From: Chiloscyllium plagiosum
Lineage: Eukaryota
Length of the DNA: 51,745 bases
Assembly (NCBI RefSeq): GCF_004010195.1
Contig: NC_057711.1
Span: 75,600,638-75,652,382 of the forward strand
Direction of reading: 5' to 3'
Below are positions 13,537 to 25,669 of this stretch, piece by piece. Below the pieces are notes generated by a model, which was not told the origin of the DNA, did no database searches, and was given only the letters and a program-made list of their open reading frames with translations. Positions within the stretch are counted from its first letter, which is position 1, and each line of letters starts with the position of its first letter. A program made the translations under genes and the position numbers.

Positions 13537-16500
13537 TATCTCGATTACTCCCAGCAGGAGTAGGAGGATAGAGCAGATGAATGCATGGCTGAGGAGCTTG
13601 TGTGTGGGAGAAGGATTCACATTTTTGGATCATTGGAATCTCTTCTGGGGTAGCAGTGACATGTACAAGAACGGCAGATTGCACCTGACTTGGAAGGTGA
13701 CTAATATACTGGCAGGGAGATTTGCGAGAGCTGCTCAGGAGGATTTAAACTAGTAAGGTGGAAGGGTGGGACCCAGGGAGATAGTGAGGAAAGGAATCAA
13801 TCTGAGACTGGTACAGTTGAGCAAAGAAGCGAGTCAAACAGTCAGGGCAGGCAGGGACACAGCAGAGAACAAGGTAGGTTTGATAAATTTACCTGCATTT
13901 ATTTCAATGCAAGAGGCCTAACAGGGAAGGGATGAACTCAGGGCATGGTTAGGAACATGGGACTGGGATATCATAGCAATTACAGAAACATGGCTCAGGG
14001 ATGGACAGGACTGGCAGCTTAATGTTCCAGGATACAAATGCTACTGGAAGGACAGAAAGGGAGGCAAGAGAGGAGATCAAGTGGTGTTTTTGATAAGAGA
14101 TAGCATTACAGCTGTACTGAGGGAGAATATTCCCAGAAATACATCCAGGGAAGTTATTTGGGTGGAACTAAGAAATAAGAAAGGGATGATCACCTTATTG
14201 GGATTGTATTATAGACTCCCTAATAGTTAGAGGGAAATTGAGAATCAAATTTGTAAGGAGATATCAGTTATCTTTAAGAATAACAGGGTGGTTAAGGCAG
14301 GGGATTTTAATTTTCCAAACATAGACTGGGACTGCCATAGTGTTAAGGGTTTAGATGGAGAGGAATTTGTTAAGTATGTACAACAAAATTTTTTGATTCG
14401 GTATGTGGATGTACCTACTAGAGAAGGTGCAAAACGTGACTGACTCTTAGGAAATAAGGCTGGACAGGTGACTGAGGTGTCAGTGGGGGAGCACTTTGGT
14501 GGCCAGCGACCATAATTCTATTAGATTTAAAATAGTGATGGAAAAGAATAGACCGAACCTAAAAGTTAAAGTTCTAAATTGGAGAAAGGCCAATTTTGAC
14601 GGTATTAGGCAAGAGCTTTCAAAAGCTGTTTGGGGGCAGATGTTCGCAGGTAAAGGGACGGTTGGAAAATGGGAAGCCTTCAGAAATGAAATAACGAGAA
14701 TCCAGAGAAAGTATATTCCTGTCAGGGTGAAAGGGAAGGCTGGTAGATATAGGGAATGCTGGATGACTAAAGAAATTGAGGGTTTGGTTAAGAAAAAGAA
14801 GAAAGCATATGTCAGGCATAGACAAGATAGATTGAGTGAATCCTTAGATGAGTGTAAAGGCAGTAGGAGTATACTTAAGAGGGAAATCAGGAGGGCAAAA
14901 TGGGGACATGAGATAGCTTTGGCAAATAGAATTAAGGAGAATCCAAAGAGTTTTTACAAATACATTAAGGACAAAAAGATAACTAGGGAGAGAATAGAGC
15001 CCCTCAAAGACAGGCAAGGCAGCATTTGCGGGGAATCGCAGAAGATGGGGGAGACACTAAACAAGTATTTTCATCAGTGCTCACTGTGTAAAAGGATATG
15101 GAAGATATAGAATGTGGGGAAATAGATGGTGACATCTTGGAAAATGTCCACATTACAGAGGAGGAAGTGCTGGATGTCTTCAAATGCATAAAAGTGGATA
15201 AATCCCCAGGACCTGATCAATTGTAGCCTAGAACTCTGTGAGAAGCTAGGGAAGTGATTGCTCGGGCCCTTGCTGAGATATTTGTATCATCGATAGTCAC
15301 AGGCGAGGTGCCGGAAGACTGGAGGTTGGCTAACATGGTGCCACTGTTTAAGAAAGCCAGGGAACTATAGACCAGTCAGCCTGACATTGGTGGTGGGCAA
15401 GATGTTGGAGGGAATCCTGAGGGACAGGATGTACATGTGTTTGGAAAGACAAGGACTGATTAGGGACAGTCAACATGATTTTGTGTGTGGAAAATCATGT
15501 CTCACAAACTTAATTCTTTTTTGAAGCAGTAACATAGAGGATTGATGAGGGCAGAGCCATAGACATGATCTATATGGACTTCAGTAAGGCGTTTGACAAG
15601 GTTCCCCATGAGAGACTGGTTAGCAAGGTTAAATCTCATGGAATACAGAAAGAACTAGCCATTTGGATACAGAACTGGCTCAAAGGTAGAAGACAGAGGG
15701 TTGTGATGGTAGGTTGTGTTTCAGACTGGAGGCCTGTGACCAGTGGAGTGCCACAAGCATCGGTGCTGGGTTCACCACTTTTTGTCATTTATATAAATGT
15801 TTTGGATGTGAGCATAAGAGGTAAAGCTGGTAAATTTGCCAATGACACAAAAATTGAAGGTGTAGTGGACAGCGAAGAGGGTTACCTCAGATTACAACAC
15901 GATCTTGACCAGATGGGCCAATGGGCTGAGAAGGAGTTTAATTTAGATAAATACGAGGTGCTGCATTTTGGGAAAGCAAATCTTAGCAGGACTTGTACGC
16001 TTAATGGTAAGGTCCTGGGAGTGTTGCTGAACAAAGAGACCCTGGAATGCAGGTTCATAGCTCCTTGAAATTAGAGTCGCAGGTAGATAGGATAGTGAAG
16101 AAGGTGTTTGGTATGCTTTCCTTTATTGGTCAGAGTATTGAGTACAGGAGTTGGGAGGTCATGTTGCAGCTGTACAGGACATTGGTTAGGCCACTTTTGG
16201 AATATTGTGTGCAATTCTGGTCTCCTTCCTATTGGAAGGATGTTATGAAACTTGAAAGGGTTCAGAAAAGATTTACAAGGATGTTGCCAGGGTTGGAGGG
16301 TTTGAGCTATAGGGAGAGGCTGAACAGGCTGGGGCTATTTTCCCTGGAGCATCGGAGGCTGAGGGGTGACCTTATGGAGGTTTATAAAATCATAAGAGAC
16401 ATGGATAGGATAAATAGACAAAGTCTTTTCCCTGGGGTGAGGGAGTCCAGAACTAGAGGGCATAGGTTTAGACTGAGAGGGGAAAGATATAAAAGAGACC

Positions 16501-17413
16501 CAAGGGACAACCTTTTTCACACAGATGTTGATGTATGTGTGGAATGAGGTACCAGAGGCTGCCAGGTGGAGGCTAGTACAATTACAACATTTAAAAGGCA
16601 TCTGGATGGGTATATGAATAGGAAGGGTTTGGAGGGATATGGGCCCAGTGCTGGCAGATGGGACTAGATTGAGTTGGCATATCTGGTTAGCATGTATGAG
16701 TTGGACCTAAGTGTCTGTTTCCGTGTTGTACATCTCTATGACTGTATGACTCTATGAACTGCAGCACTTTCTCCCTGCCTCCAGCTGGGAATCTCATCAC
16801 TCCGTAATTAATAGCTGTAGTTTTTTTTAAATCTTATTTCTTCCACCTTTTACCCCTCTCTCAACAATCTTTCCCAATCTTTATTTCACTTTTTGAATAT
16901 ACTTAAAATCTTATTTGTATTTTTTTTTTGTATTAGACTTCCTTATTTAGACTCTGTGAGTTAGGAAATAATTCCTCAATTAGTTGAAATCCTACCTATT
17001 TCTGTAGCAGTCACAGTGCTGGACCAAACACAGTATTCACTCCAAAGCCTGAGCAAGGTTTGTAGTCAACTATTAGGGAGATAACTGGCAAGCATTGTTC
17101 CTTTACCACATGGCATAAACTCTGGGTCACTTTGAAAGGAAGCATTTTCTTTCTATGCAGGTGAAGATGTAAACAAACCCTCAACACCTTTAAGAAGATT
17201 TTGTTTATTACTTCTTAATGCAAATGAAATTAGTTCTCACCCAGTTAGTTGGAGCAAAACTACAAATCATTAAAACAATTGTTCTCATATTCAGTCAATT
17301 ATATCTATAAAAACTTCTTCAGTTCACTGCATAAAGGCAAGTCCTTGGCAATTGTTTTCCTGAATGTGGCAACGTGCTCTGATTTTTTGCTACAACTCGA
17401 GTGAGGAGTCTAT

Positions 17414-17505
17414 CAGAGTTTACTTCAGCCGGAACTGGGATTGAACCCAGTGCTCCTAGCATTAATCTAATCCAAGTACTAACTGTCCAGCCAACTGAGT
17501 TAACC
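17414..17505 (-). mobile_element. Old tRNA-derived SINE head
   Basis: Minus strand ggttaactcagttgg (A box) ... ggttcaatccc (B box) with non-tRNA spacing. Confidence 0.5.
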
Positions 17506-17532
17506 CATGCCCACATGTGCACTATACATCAC

Positions 17533-17630
17533 CTCAAATGACGTCCTTTCAACTTCACTGCATGGTTTCGATATCATGCTGCCACCCTGATCACGAATGT
17601 TTTGGTTTGAACAACTGACGGCTTCATTAC
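17533..17630 (-). CDS. TRPM6: Probable TRPM6 linker exon (SNEAVSCSNQNIRDQGGSMISKPCSEVERTSFE)
   Basis: Little sequence similarity; supported by a pyrimidine-rich cagcag| acceptor, GAG|gtgatg donor, an open frame, and the exact 1->0 phase needed to join the 19226 and 6853 exons; 98 nt. Confidence 0.6.
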
Positions 17631-18344
17631 CTGCTGAAGCAAAGCACAGGAACAAGAATTTCAGGATAGTAGACTTTCAGACATTGACAGCAAGCTACAT
17701 TTTCTTTCCTGGATCAAAGCTAATGCCAGAGCAAAACCAAATAGACCACATTTATCACCATTAAAATGTTACTGATGATGTACCAGGCACATGAAAGGAA
17801 TTAGCATCAAGTGGTTAAGGCCACAACTGAGGTTAATAATCCATATCCATAACTGTGATGTAATAGAATAGGATAGCTTTTCCTATCAATATTGCACCAA
17901 TATTCCTACCACAGAGTTCACAGAAACATAGGTTTAACAAATGAACATTCAATATTTATCATTTATCATATATACTTCCATATTAATCATGTATATTCCC
18001 AAAACCCACTAAAAACTAAAAATCCATATCCTTCACATAAAATTAAGATGACATCCTAAGAAAACAGAACTTGTGAGAACATCCTTACATGTAAATCAAG
18101 CATTGCAGAGAAAAACTGTCTGCTTCTATATGCTTCTACTGAGTTAGCTCTGATAAAGCAAATAACTGTGTTTATACTGACATTCAAGCACTGCTACATA
18201 CCTTAACAGGTGAATGATACTGCTATATTTTGTAAGTTTAAGGTCAATGCAAAGCAATTTCAGCTGTGAACTGGTAACTTAAATCTTGAGATGTATCAGA
18301 CTCTGCACAAAAATGAAGTGAAATTCCCTGTAACAATCTTTTTT

Positions 18345-18638
18345 TTAGATTAGATTCCCTACAGTGTGGAAACAGGCCCTTCAGCCCAACAAGTCCACAC
18401 CGACCCTCTGAAGAGTAACTCTCCCAGACCCACTTCCCCTGACTAATGAATCTAATACTATGGGCAATTTAGCATGGCCAATCCACCTGACCTGTACATC
18501 TTTGGACTGCGGGAGGAAACTGAGCATCCGGAGGAAACCCACACAGACACTGGGAGAATGTGCAAACTCCACACAGACAGTCGCCCAAAGCTGGTATCAA
18601 ACCCAGGTCCCTGGTGCTGTGAGGCCAATGTGCCACCC
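18345..18638 (-). mobile_element. HE1-like SINE
   Basis: Reverse complement of the 10747/12771 family; tail ttagattagattccctacagtgtgg; interrupts the duplicated intronic segment. Confidence 0.88.
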
Positions 18639-18889
18639 CTACACTATTTCAGTCTGAAACCACAGGTAAATCCAGTGCAGTATCAGATTTGTCTGGTAAC
18701 ATTCTCAGATCCATTAGAAAGATCTCAAAGCAACTTTCAATGTTTAGTAACTATCCAGTCCTCACTTTCTAAACATCAATTCTATTTTAAACTATAGCTA
18801 CGGGGCATGAAAACTATACACACAGCATAGCTACCAGCTCTAAGAAGGTGTATCCAATATTGTGTTGTGATTCCAAACAGTACTCAATG

Positions 18890-19041
18890 CCCTACACCCA
18901 TTCTATCTCTTTAACCCTGCATTCCCCATGGCTAATCCACCCAGGCTATACATCCCTAGACACAATGGGCAATTTAGCATGGCCAATCCACCAATCCTGC
19001 ACATCTTTAGACTGTGGGAAGAAACCAGAGTACCTAGAAGG
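18890..19041 (-). mobile_element. Partial HE1-like SINE
   Basis: gggcaatttagcatggccaatcca...catctttagactgtggga body fragment. Confidence 0.7.
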
Positions 19042-19225
19042 GTGACTGGTAACTGAAATATGAATTGTAGCTACTGAAAAATAAAGTGTAAAAGAAGCAC
19101 GCAATAGGTCTTCATAATATTCATTATAAGACAAATAATGGAAAAGCATCACTGTTATAAACCAGATTGCAGAAGATGTCTTAAGCTTACACTTTAATAT
19201 GGAAATAATGTGTAAATTAACATAC

Positions 19226-19358
19226 TGATTTGGTTAAAAGTGGAGATAGTTAGCCAATTTTTGTTACATTCCTTTTCTTCAACATTCTTTTCACTTTCAG
19301 CATCGTTTTGTTGAGATGAGTCCAAAGTCTTCTGAGAACACCCATCTACTGTGATTAT
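19226..19358 (-). CDS. TRPM6: TRPM6 linker exon (IITVDGCSQKTLDSSQQNDAESEKNVEEKECNKNWLTISTFNQI)
   Basis: IITV..CSQ and KNW.T.S.F match recalled TRPM6; ttgcag| and |gtatgt; 133 nt, phase 0->1. Confidence 0.88.
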
Positions 19359-20024
19359 CTGCAAAACAGCAGATCGTGTACTTAATTTGATGAAATATAT
19401 AAAGTGTATATAAATGTGTATGTGTTGTGGGTGGTGGGTGTGGGTAACTATCCCACTTTGAACAGCATGTTCAATTCAGCACAAAATAATGCAAGCTTTG
19501 CCCCAGTCCATCCAACTGAAGCACTAAATTAACTGTTTGACAGTGGTACGAGTGGAAATCTGGCAAATCTCACAGGAATTTGTATCGCCCAGCTTCAAAG
19601 ATCTTGTGAGATTGAGAATCCTAACATTTTCCAAAAACCATAACTAAAACTCAACAAACCCAATCAGATTATGAGTTGCCAAATTTCTGTCTGAAGTCTG
19701 ATTTTATTAAAATGGTGAAATGACATGACTTGAAAGGGATGATTCACTCCATTGCTTCGTGTACTGCAGGAGTAAATTTTTTGTACAGATGTTTACCAAC
19801 AGAAATTGAACACAAACTACAGCTGTCTTAACAGATTTTGATAAATAAATTAAATATTTAAAGGGCATGATTGTCATGGGACATAGCAAATCTTCACTGA
19901 TTTCCTTGTTGCTTTATGTTACAAACCAAAACACATTGGAGTAGAAATCTAACAGCTTGCCAAGGTGCAATATTAACAAATTCCACAATGGGAAGGAATT
20001 GAGCACGGTGACCTTTCTAAATGA

Positions 20025-20229
20025 TTCAGAGATGCCAGTGTTGGACTGGGGTGTACAAAGTTAAAAATCACACAACACCAGGTTATAGTCCAACAAGTTT
20101 AATTGGAACATTGCTAATCGGAGCACTGCTCCTTCATCAGGTGGTTGGTGAAGGAGCAGCACTCCGAAAGCTAGTGCTTCCAATTAAACCTGTTGGACTA
20201 TAACCCTGGTGTTGCGTGATTTTTAACTG
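20025..20229 (-). mobile_element. Palindromic Penelope-derived retroposon, family B
   Basis: Imperfect inverted arms (aaaaatcacacaacaccaggttatagtccaaca / tgttggactataaccctggtgttgcgtgattttt) plus a one-sided tail; TSD tctaaatga at 20016-24 and 20230-38; hammerhead core parts. Confidence 0.75.
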
Positions 20230-20598
20230 TCTAAATGAGAGTGGCTCAAAATAAATGGAACAGATCATTCTCATGCATCTGATTACAGAAAAAATACAGG
20301 ATTTGGAAGTAAGTCAATCTTACAGTAAGGGATCATAGTGCATATTGTGAATGACTAATGCAAACAAAGTGGTCATATATCATGCTGTGAGAGCACATTA
20401 CAGTGACAAAAGACATGTGCATGTATATTATAGTAGTAAGAATACCAATAGATTAGGTTCCCTACAGTGTGGAAACAGGCCCTTCGGCCCAACAAGTCCA
20501 CACTGACAGTATAAAAAACATTAAAACTGTCCTGTTTAAAATATACTGCAATACATTTCTGTTCTTACAAAACTTTATGTTTTTTATCTCTTACACAC

Positions 20599-20702
20599 CG
20601 GTACTTGCAGCTTTGGGGATTTCTTTTGCCGTCTGGAGCATGTTCTCCTACAATTCTGTGGTTTTGTTTTTGACCTCATGGAGTATGAAGGTTTTTTAAA
20701 GG
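20599..20702 (-). CDS. TRPM6: TRPM6 linker exon (AFKKPSYSMRSKTKPQNCRRTCSRRQKKSPKLQVP)
   Basis: Basic stretch ending in LQVP as in recalled human GLQVP|IITV; ctatag| acceptor; donor CCG|gtgtgt; 104 nt, phase 1->0. Confidence 0.8.
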
Positions 20703-22999
20703 CTATAGAGGGGTAGAAACACCAGAATTTAAAACCAGGGAAGAACTTGGGAGTTAACTAAATTTCATCACAAAATATCAGATTCCAACGAGGGTATAAA
20801 AGAAAAATCTGAACTTTAAAATTTAGGGCCAGATGAAACCATGTTTAAGACTCAAATTTTCGTGAGAGAAATATGCATGCCACACAAGATTTAGGAAAAT
20901 TTCAACTCATTTAAGCACTGAAAATTATTTGTCAGTTTTATATTGGAACCATGCAATGTATTATAACAATAGGACCAGGATTAGACCATGTAGCATCATG
21001 AGACTGATCCAACAGTTGATAACTGACCTTACTCTATCCCCTATCCTAGCCATATTCTTAATACATTGTGTTGAAAAATAAAATTCAGTGATCAATAACT
21101 ACAATTGATCTATCATAATTTTTTTATTTGTAGAAGAAGGGGGTCAGTTGTATCTAGGGGATCAATTTTTGTAGGGAACACTGAGGCAAGAGTGATCATC
21201 ATATCATTTGGTGTACATTAGTAAAGGAGAAGAATGATAAATAGATAGCCTTTTGTTCCACTACTTCGAATATGTTAATGTATTGGTTATTGAATTTTGT
21301 CTTCACAGTTATGGAATAGAATCTCATTGGATTTCAGCTGAGAAATCATAATCTATTAATGGATGGAGTTTAAGGGATGGTGATCTTGCTTTCAAGTGGA
21401 CTGTGAAATTCCTTTTGAAAGTTTTATGAGCACTAAAGGATTATGCTTTGGAAGAGTTTTATTTTAAATCGCTGTTTGTTTATTTTGACAATTTCATGAA
21501 TGTCTCAAAGATTCATCTGTTTATCATAGGGCTCTTGTGTTCTGCCCATAGTGATACTGGCTGAATGAGCATGGGTCATATGAAAGGGGCACATAAATGA
21601 ATGGGAGGTAAAGGGGTTCAGAGGTTAGGGGTGAGGCCTAGTTGAATATTCTATTGAATGAAGGTGGGCATTTTAACCAGTCAGCCTTGGTATCTATCAG
21701 CCTACATTTCTACCTGGGGCCAGCTACTTGAGGAGGTTCTAAATTCATTCCTACATTGGTGTAATCCTGTTCCTATTTTGAGAGAGATGGTCCAATATCG
21801 GAGTAGGTGCAGGTCCATGTGTTGATTATATGATAAATCATGAGATAAGAATGTAAGGTAGCAGTGCTAGGTACTGAGCCACCATGCCACCCATTTGTAA
21901 GGATGACAGTTTTGGGAGGTTTTGCTTCCTTAAAGGACTGGCTACAATCCTTAAATGAACTAGCTATATTTTTAGTAATAGCTTTGTAATATTTTGCTGA
22001 CTGGATTTTTATGTCAAGATTTTGTTTAGTCCAACTTAGGCTGAGACTAACTCACAAAGCAAACAAAATGGTGGGCAAGACCGATGGACCAGTAGACGTC
22101 CAGCCCTAATTTCCAACAGAGCCAGTTTTTGTCGGTATGGGGAAGGGAGGAATGGTCAGGGAGTAATTCATGTATGAGGAAAGTCTGAACCCAGCAGAGT
22201 CATTAGAATTTAATGCTGAGTTCAAACCCACTCCACTATGACTGTTGCAAGGGGTCTTAACCTGCAATGTAAGAATAACAATTTTATGAAGTTGATGTGA
22301 AATCCTTGTAGGGCAGATGAGATCCATTTAACTTCCATCATCATCACCCCTTTTGAATTAAAAAGAAAGGGATGTAGTGTCATTGAAGATTAAAAATAAA
22401 CCTTTCGTAGTAGCTTTGATAGTTGTTTGTTTGCACATTGCCAAGTGTTCTCTATGAAAGTTTGGATATCTATCAGGACAGATGGCATAAGAGCAAAGGG
22501 TAGTGAGTGGGTTAGCATGAGTTGGAATGAAATGACTTGAGATGTTATGAGGAGTGCATGAGGTTGTGAGGGGTGAGAATTAGTGGGTCTAAAACATAAG
22601 CACACAACTGGTATTTGTAAAGGCAGCCCACCTCAGTTCTCAGCTAATCCTCCTGTGGTTAGCAAAACTGGTTCTATTCCATACCTGAAGCCCTAGAATG
22701 AAGATCCAATGTGGGTCAAATCTTCCCAGGAGGCAATTAACAACAGATTTCCCAACTCTAGCTGCCTGCCTAGGTAGCAATGATACAGGTCTAGCCCTTA
22801 TTAGACTTTTAAACAGTCCAATTATAATCAAGAAGCCACTTCACATTCAATTAAAATATTCTGCTGGAGCAATATTTGCTTTAACCATTGACAAACATAG
22901 AATTCAATGTATGTGAGAAAAGCACACTCATTTTAGCTTTGGATTCTTAACTTCAATGACGTTTGTCCATTGCCATTTGGATAAAATAAATTTTAAAAC

Positions 23000-24192
23000 C
23001 TTTTATTTTTGTACTGCGCCACAAATGTTCTTCCTTCTGAATCCTGAACCTTAAGCTGTTTCTTCGAGAAGACCAGCTGTTCCTTCTCAGCGGATTGATC
23101 CAGTAGGAAATACTGTTGTATTTGTGCTTGGAGAAAGACTCCAAGCTCTCACTGTTAAGCTTAGATCTGTCTGAATTGAATGAGAAGGAATGAGACTTTT
23201 TGACCTGAATATGGCATGACCCATCATCTCTATTGGTGCAGTTAGTATTGAATAAAGAATGCATACGTTTTTTTCTTTGATTCCTCAAACTTGCCCTGAA
23301 GATCCCAGGCTCATCATCTTCATTGAATGCCCAGTTGACATAGCCACCCTGAGTCTTTCTATTGTGACTATCTGATAGCAGGGGAGCATCAATTACAAAC
23401 GGAGAAGCCAGTAGGTCCAATGAAAGTGTATCCACCTTTCCATCAGTCCTTTCGGGATGCATACAAATAATGTCCCATTGCTTCCCATAGTTTACACCCT
23501 CATCCTGATCAGAGAGCATGTTGTGAAAGCTGAATTGTATTGGTGTTCTGCATGGGCTCTTCTCCTGCTTTTGAGCATTTGTATTTAAATCGGTTGATGT
23601 TGGGGAGCTTGGAAGCGACAAATTAAAATGTAGATCTGTGTGCTTAGAACTTACAACAGTGGAGGGAAATGGGAATAATTGTGCATATTTATGAGGTGAT
23701 ATAGGCTCAGATAACACTTCTGACATGACAGTACCACCTTCCAACCCTCTCTTCTTGGGACGAGGTAGGTCAGCACAAGATACTAGTTTGTTCTCATCCT
23801 GCTTTTCTGACTTGTGTAATTCAGCTACAATGTTGGCACTATTATAACATACTGACGGCTTTTGGCTGTTTGCTAAGTTCCGAAGTAGTGAAGGTGGAGT
23901 GCTAAAGTAATTTTGCTTTGCTTTGGCAGAAAAATTGTCCAAAGGATTCAGGTGGACCACATTGCTCCAGCTATGTGGCAGTTTTCGGAAGTCACTGCTT
24001 TCTGTGTTGCTCCCTAAGAAGGCATCGTCCACTTTTAAACTATCCACAGCAGAGATCACTTTCAGAGTATCCACAGTCAAGGCTGAGAGATCCTGTAGAT
24101 GTCCAAGTTGACTGTCCAAACTGTGCAAAGATTCCTTGACATAATGGACCTTTTCATTTACTTCTTTCAAATGCATTGCCATTTCTTCAACG
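23000..24192 (-). CDS. TRPM6: TRPM6 large exon: coiled coil plus Ser/Thr-rich linker (VEEMAMHLKEVNEKV...GHLQDLSALTVDTLKV...GGYVNWAF...YWINPLRR...STKIK)
   Basis: 409-aa ORF in track; GHLQDLSALTVDTLK, KLPHSWSNV, GGYVNWAF and WINPLRR match recalled TRPM6; ttctag| acceptor; weak donor AAAG|gtttta chosen for phase; 1193 nt, phase 2->1. Confidence 0.9.
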
Positions 24193-25669
24193 CTAGAAAA
24201 TAAGACACATTTTAGTCATGTTGGTTCCTTAAGGTCACTACAGTTTCTGAAATAAACTCCGGTTAGGAATCTGGAGTTGAAGTGCCTTAAGATGTATCAT
24301 TACTTTAAAGGCCCTACATAAATGCTGCAAAGTATTGTTATTTGGATTTGAATATACCAACAATCGTTATTGTGATAATTGGTCGAATGGCAGGAGTTTT
24401 CAGTTGCACTCCAAGCAGAAATGAAATGTGGATTTAAGCTGATTACAGCAACAATTCAAATAAATAGTGTCTTGATTCATTTTGTTTCAATCATTTTTCT
24501 AATATCCAAGCAGTCATCCCTCCCTTTTCCTGTTTGTTATTGTAAAGTTCTTTGGATTTTGTTTTTGCTTTAATGGCACTCGTTTTCTGAAAAGGTATGT
24601 TATTGTTTCATTATATAGGCTGTTGGCTAATCGACAGCAGTCAAGAAAATTGGAGGTTACAAAAATCCTGATGCAAACATAAGCATATCAAAATACACAA
24701 AAACAAAACTGGAGAAACCTAGCAGGTCTGACAGCATCTGTAGAAAGAGAGAAACTGAGTTAAAGTCTGAAGTCTAATATGTCTCTTCTTTAAAATATCT
24801 GAACAGTTGAAAATTAGGTATATCAGGTTCTGATTTCACAGTGACTCAGTGATGGTCTTGTAATAGACCAAAATGTTAATGTACTGTACAATTTAAGTGG
24901 AGTCTAGCCATTCCCTCTGTAGTAATTCTATACTGTGGGACTCACTTCACTAAGTCTTCAGAGGGACCTGGCAGATAACAAACCTAGTCAGACCATACAT
25001 ATTTGGTGATGCATGAGCAGATATGGAATATAGTGAAGTCTAGTCTACAAATGAGGCTTGTACCTTAAAGAACTTTGCAGAATTTGAACTTGAAAGCATG
25101 TCTCCCAGATTTGGTTTGTTCCATACTAAGAATTAAATTATTCAATCATTCATCCAAGAACCAAGACAAAAATGGCATAATTAATCCTAAAACCATAATT
25201 TCTCTATCCAATGTAACATCTTAATTTCCTACAAGTTCTATGCTCCCAGCTTTTCAGTGCAAGTACATTATGCTGTAAACTTAAGGAGAGTTAAGTATGA
25301 GTACAGAAGTACACACACAAGAAGTGAGTCATTTTTACCGTCAGCCAGTATTTAAATAACTAATAGGATTTGCAAAACATGGAACAAACAAAATTTTTTT
25401 AAACAAAGTTATATCAAAAAAATAAACTTCATCAATTAGATATGCTCCAAAAAGTTCAATTTGTTCTTAGTAACGTACAAGAAGCCTTGTCCATAAACTA
25501 TCTTTATGTAGTTACTAGCTTCTGCATCTTGGGATATTTTACAGTGTTAAGAGCTTTACAGAAATCAAAGTTGAGGTGCTGTTATTATAACAAGTTAGCA
25601 GACTAACATTTCACCTTGAAGCCATAGGTTTAATCTGATCCAGCTTGATGGATAAAAGTGTTAAGACTA

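Larger units (their letters stand above)
11857..13752 (+). pseudogene. CR1 ORF1 (C2C2 zinc finger/leucine zipper + SGNH esterase), disrupted
   Basis: Esterase blocks I, III and V are recognisable; in-frame stops; split by the 12544-13536 MITE. Confidence 0.8.
11230..16756 (+). mobile_element. Apparently full-length CR1 LINE (5'UTR, ORF1, ORF2, 3' tail), inactivated and carrying nested insertions
   Basis: ORF1 from ATG 11857 (CSSC...CNKC, GDSL-like LRDSLV, HIGTND, GRLHL) to ~13752; ORF2 from ~13890 (CIYFNARGL, ITETWL, GDFN, SDHN, DFSKAFDKVPH, FANDTK); tail ctctatgactgtatgactctatga. The 5' boundary is approximate (YY1-like caagatgg near 11236). Confidence 0.88.

Noticed and set aside
11230..16756. 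Active autonomous LINE
   Set aside because: Multiple stops and frameshifts in both ORFs, plus a MITE in ORF1.
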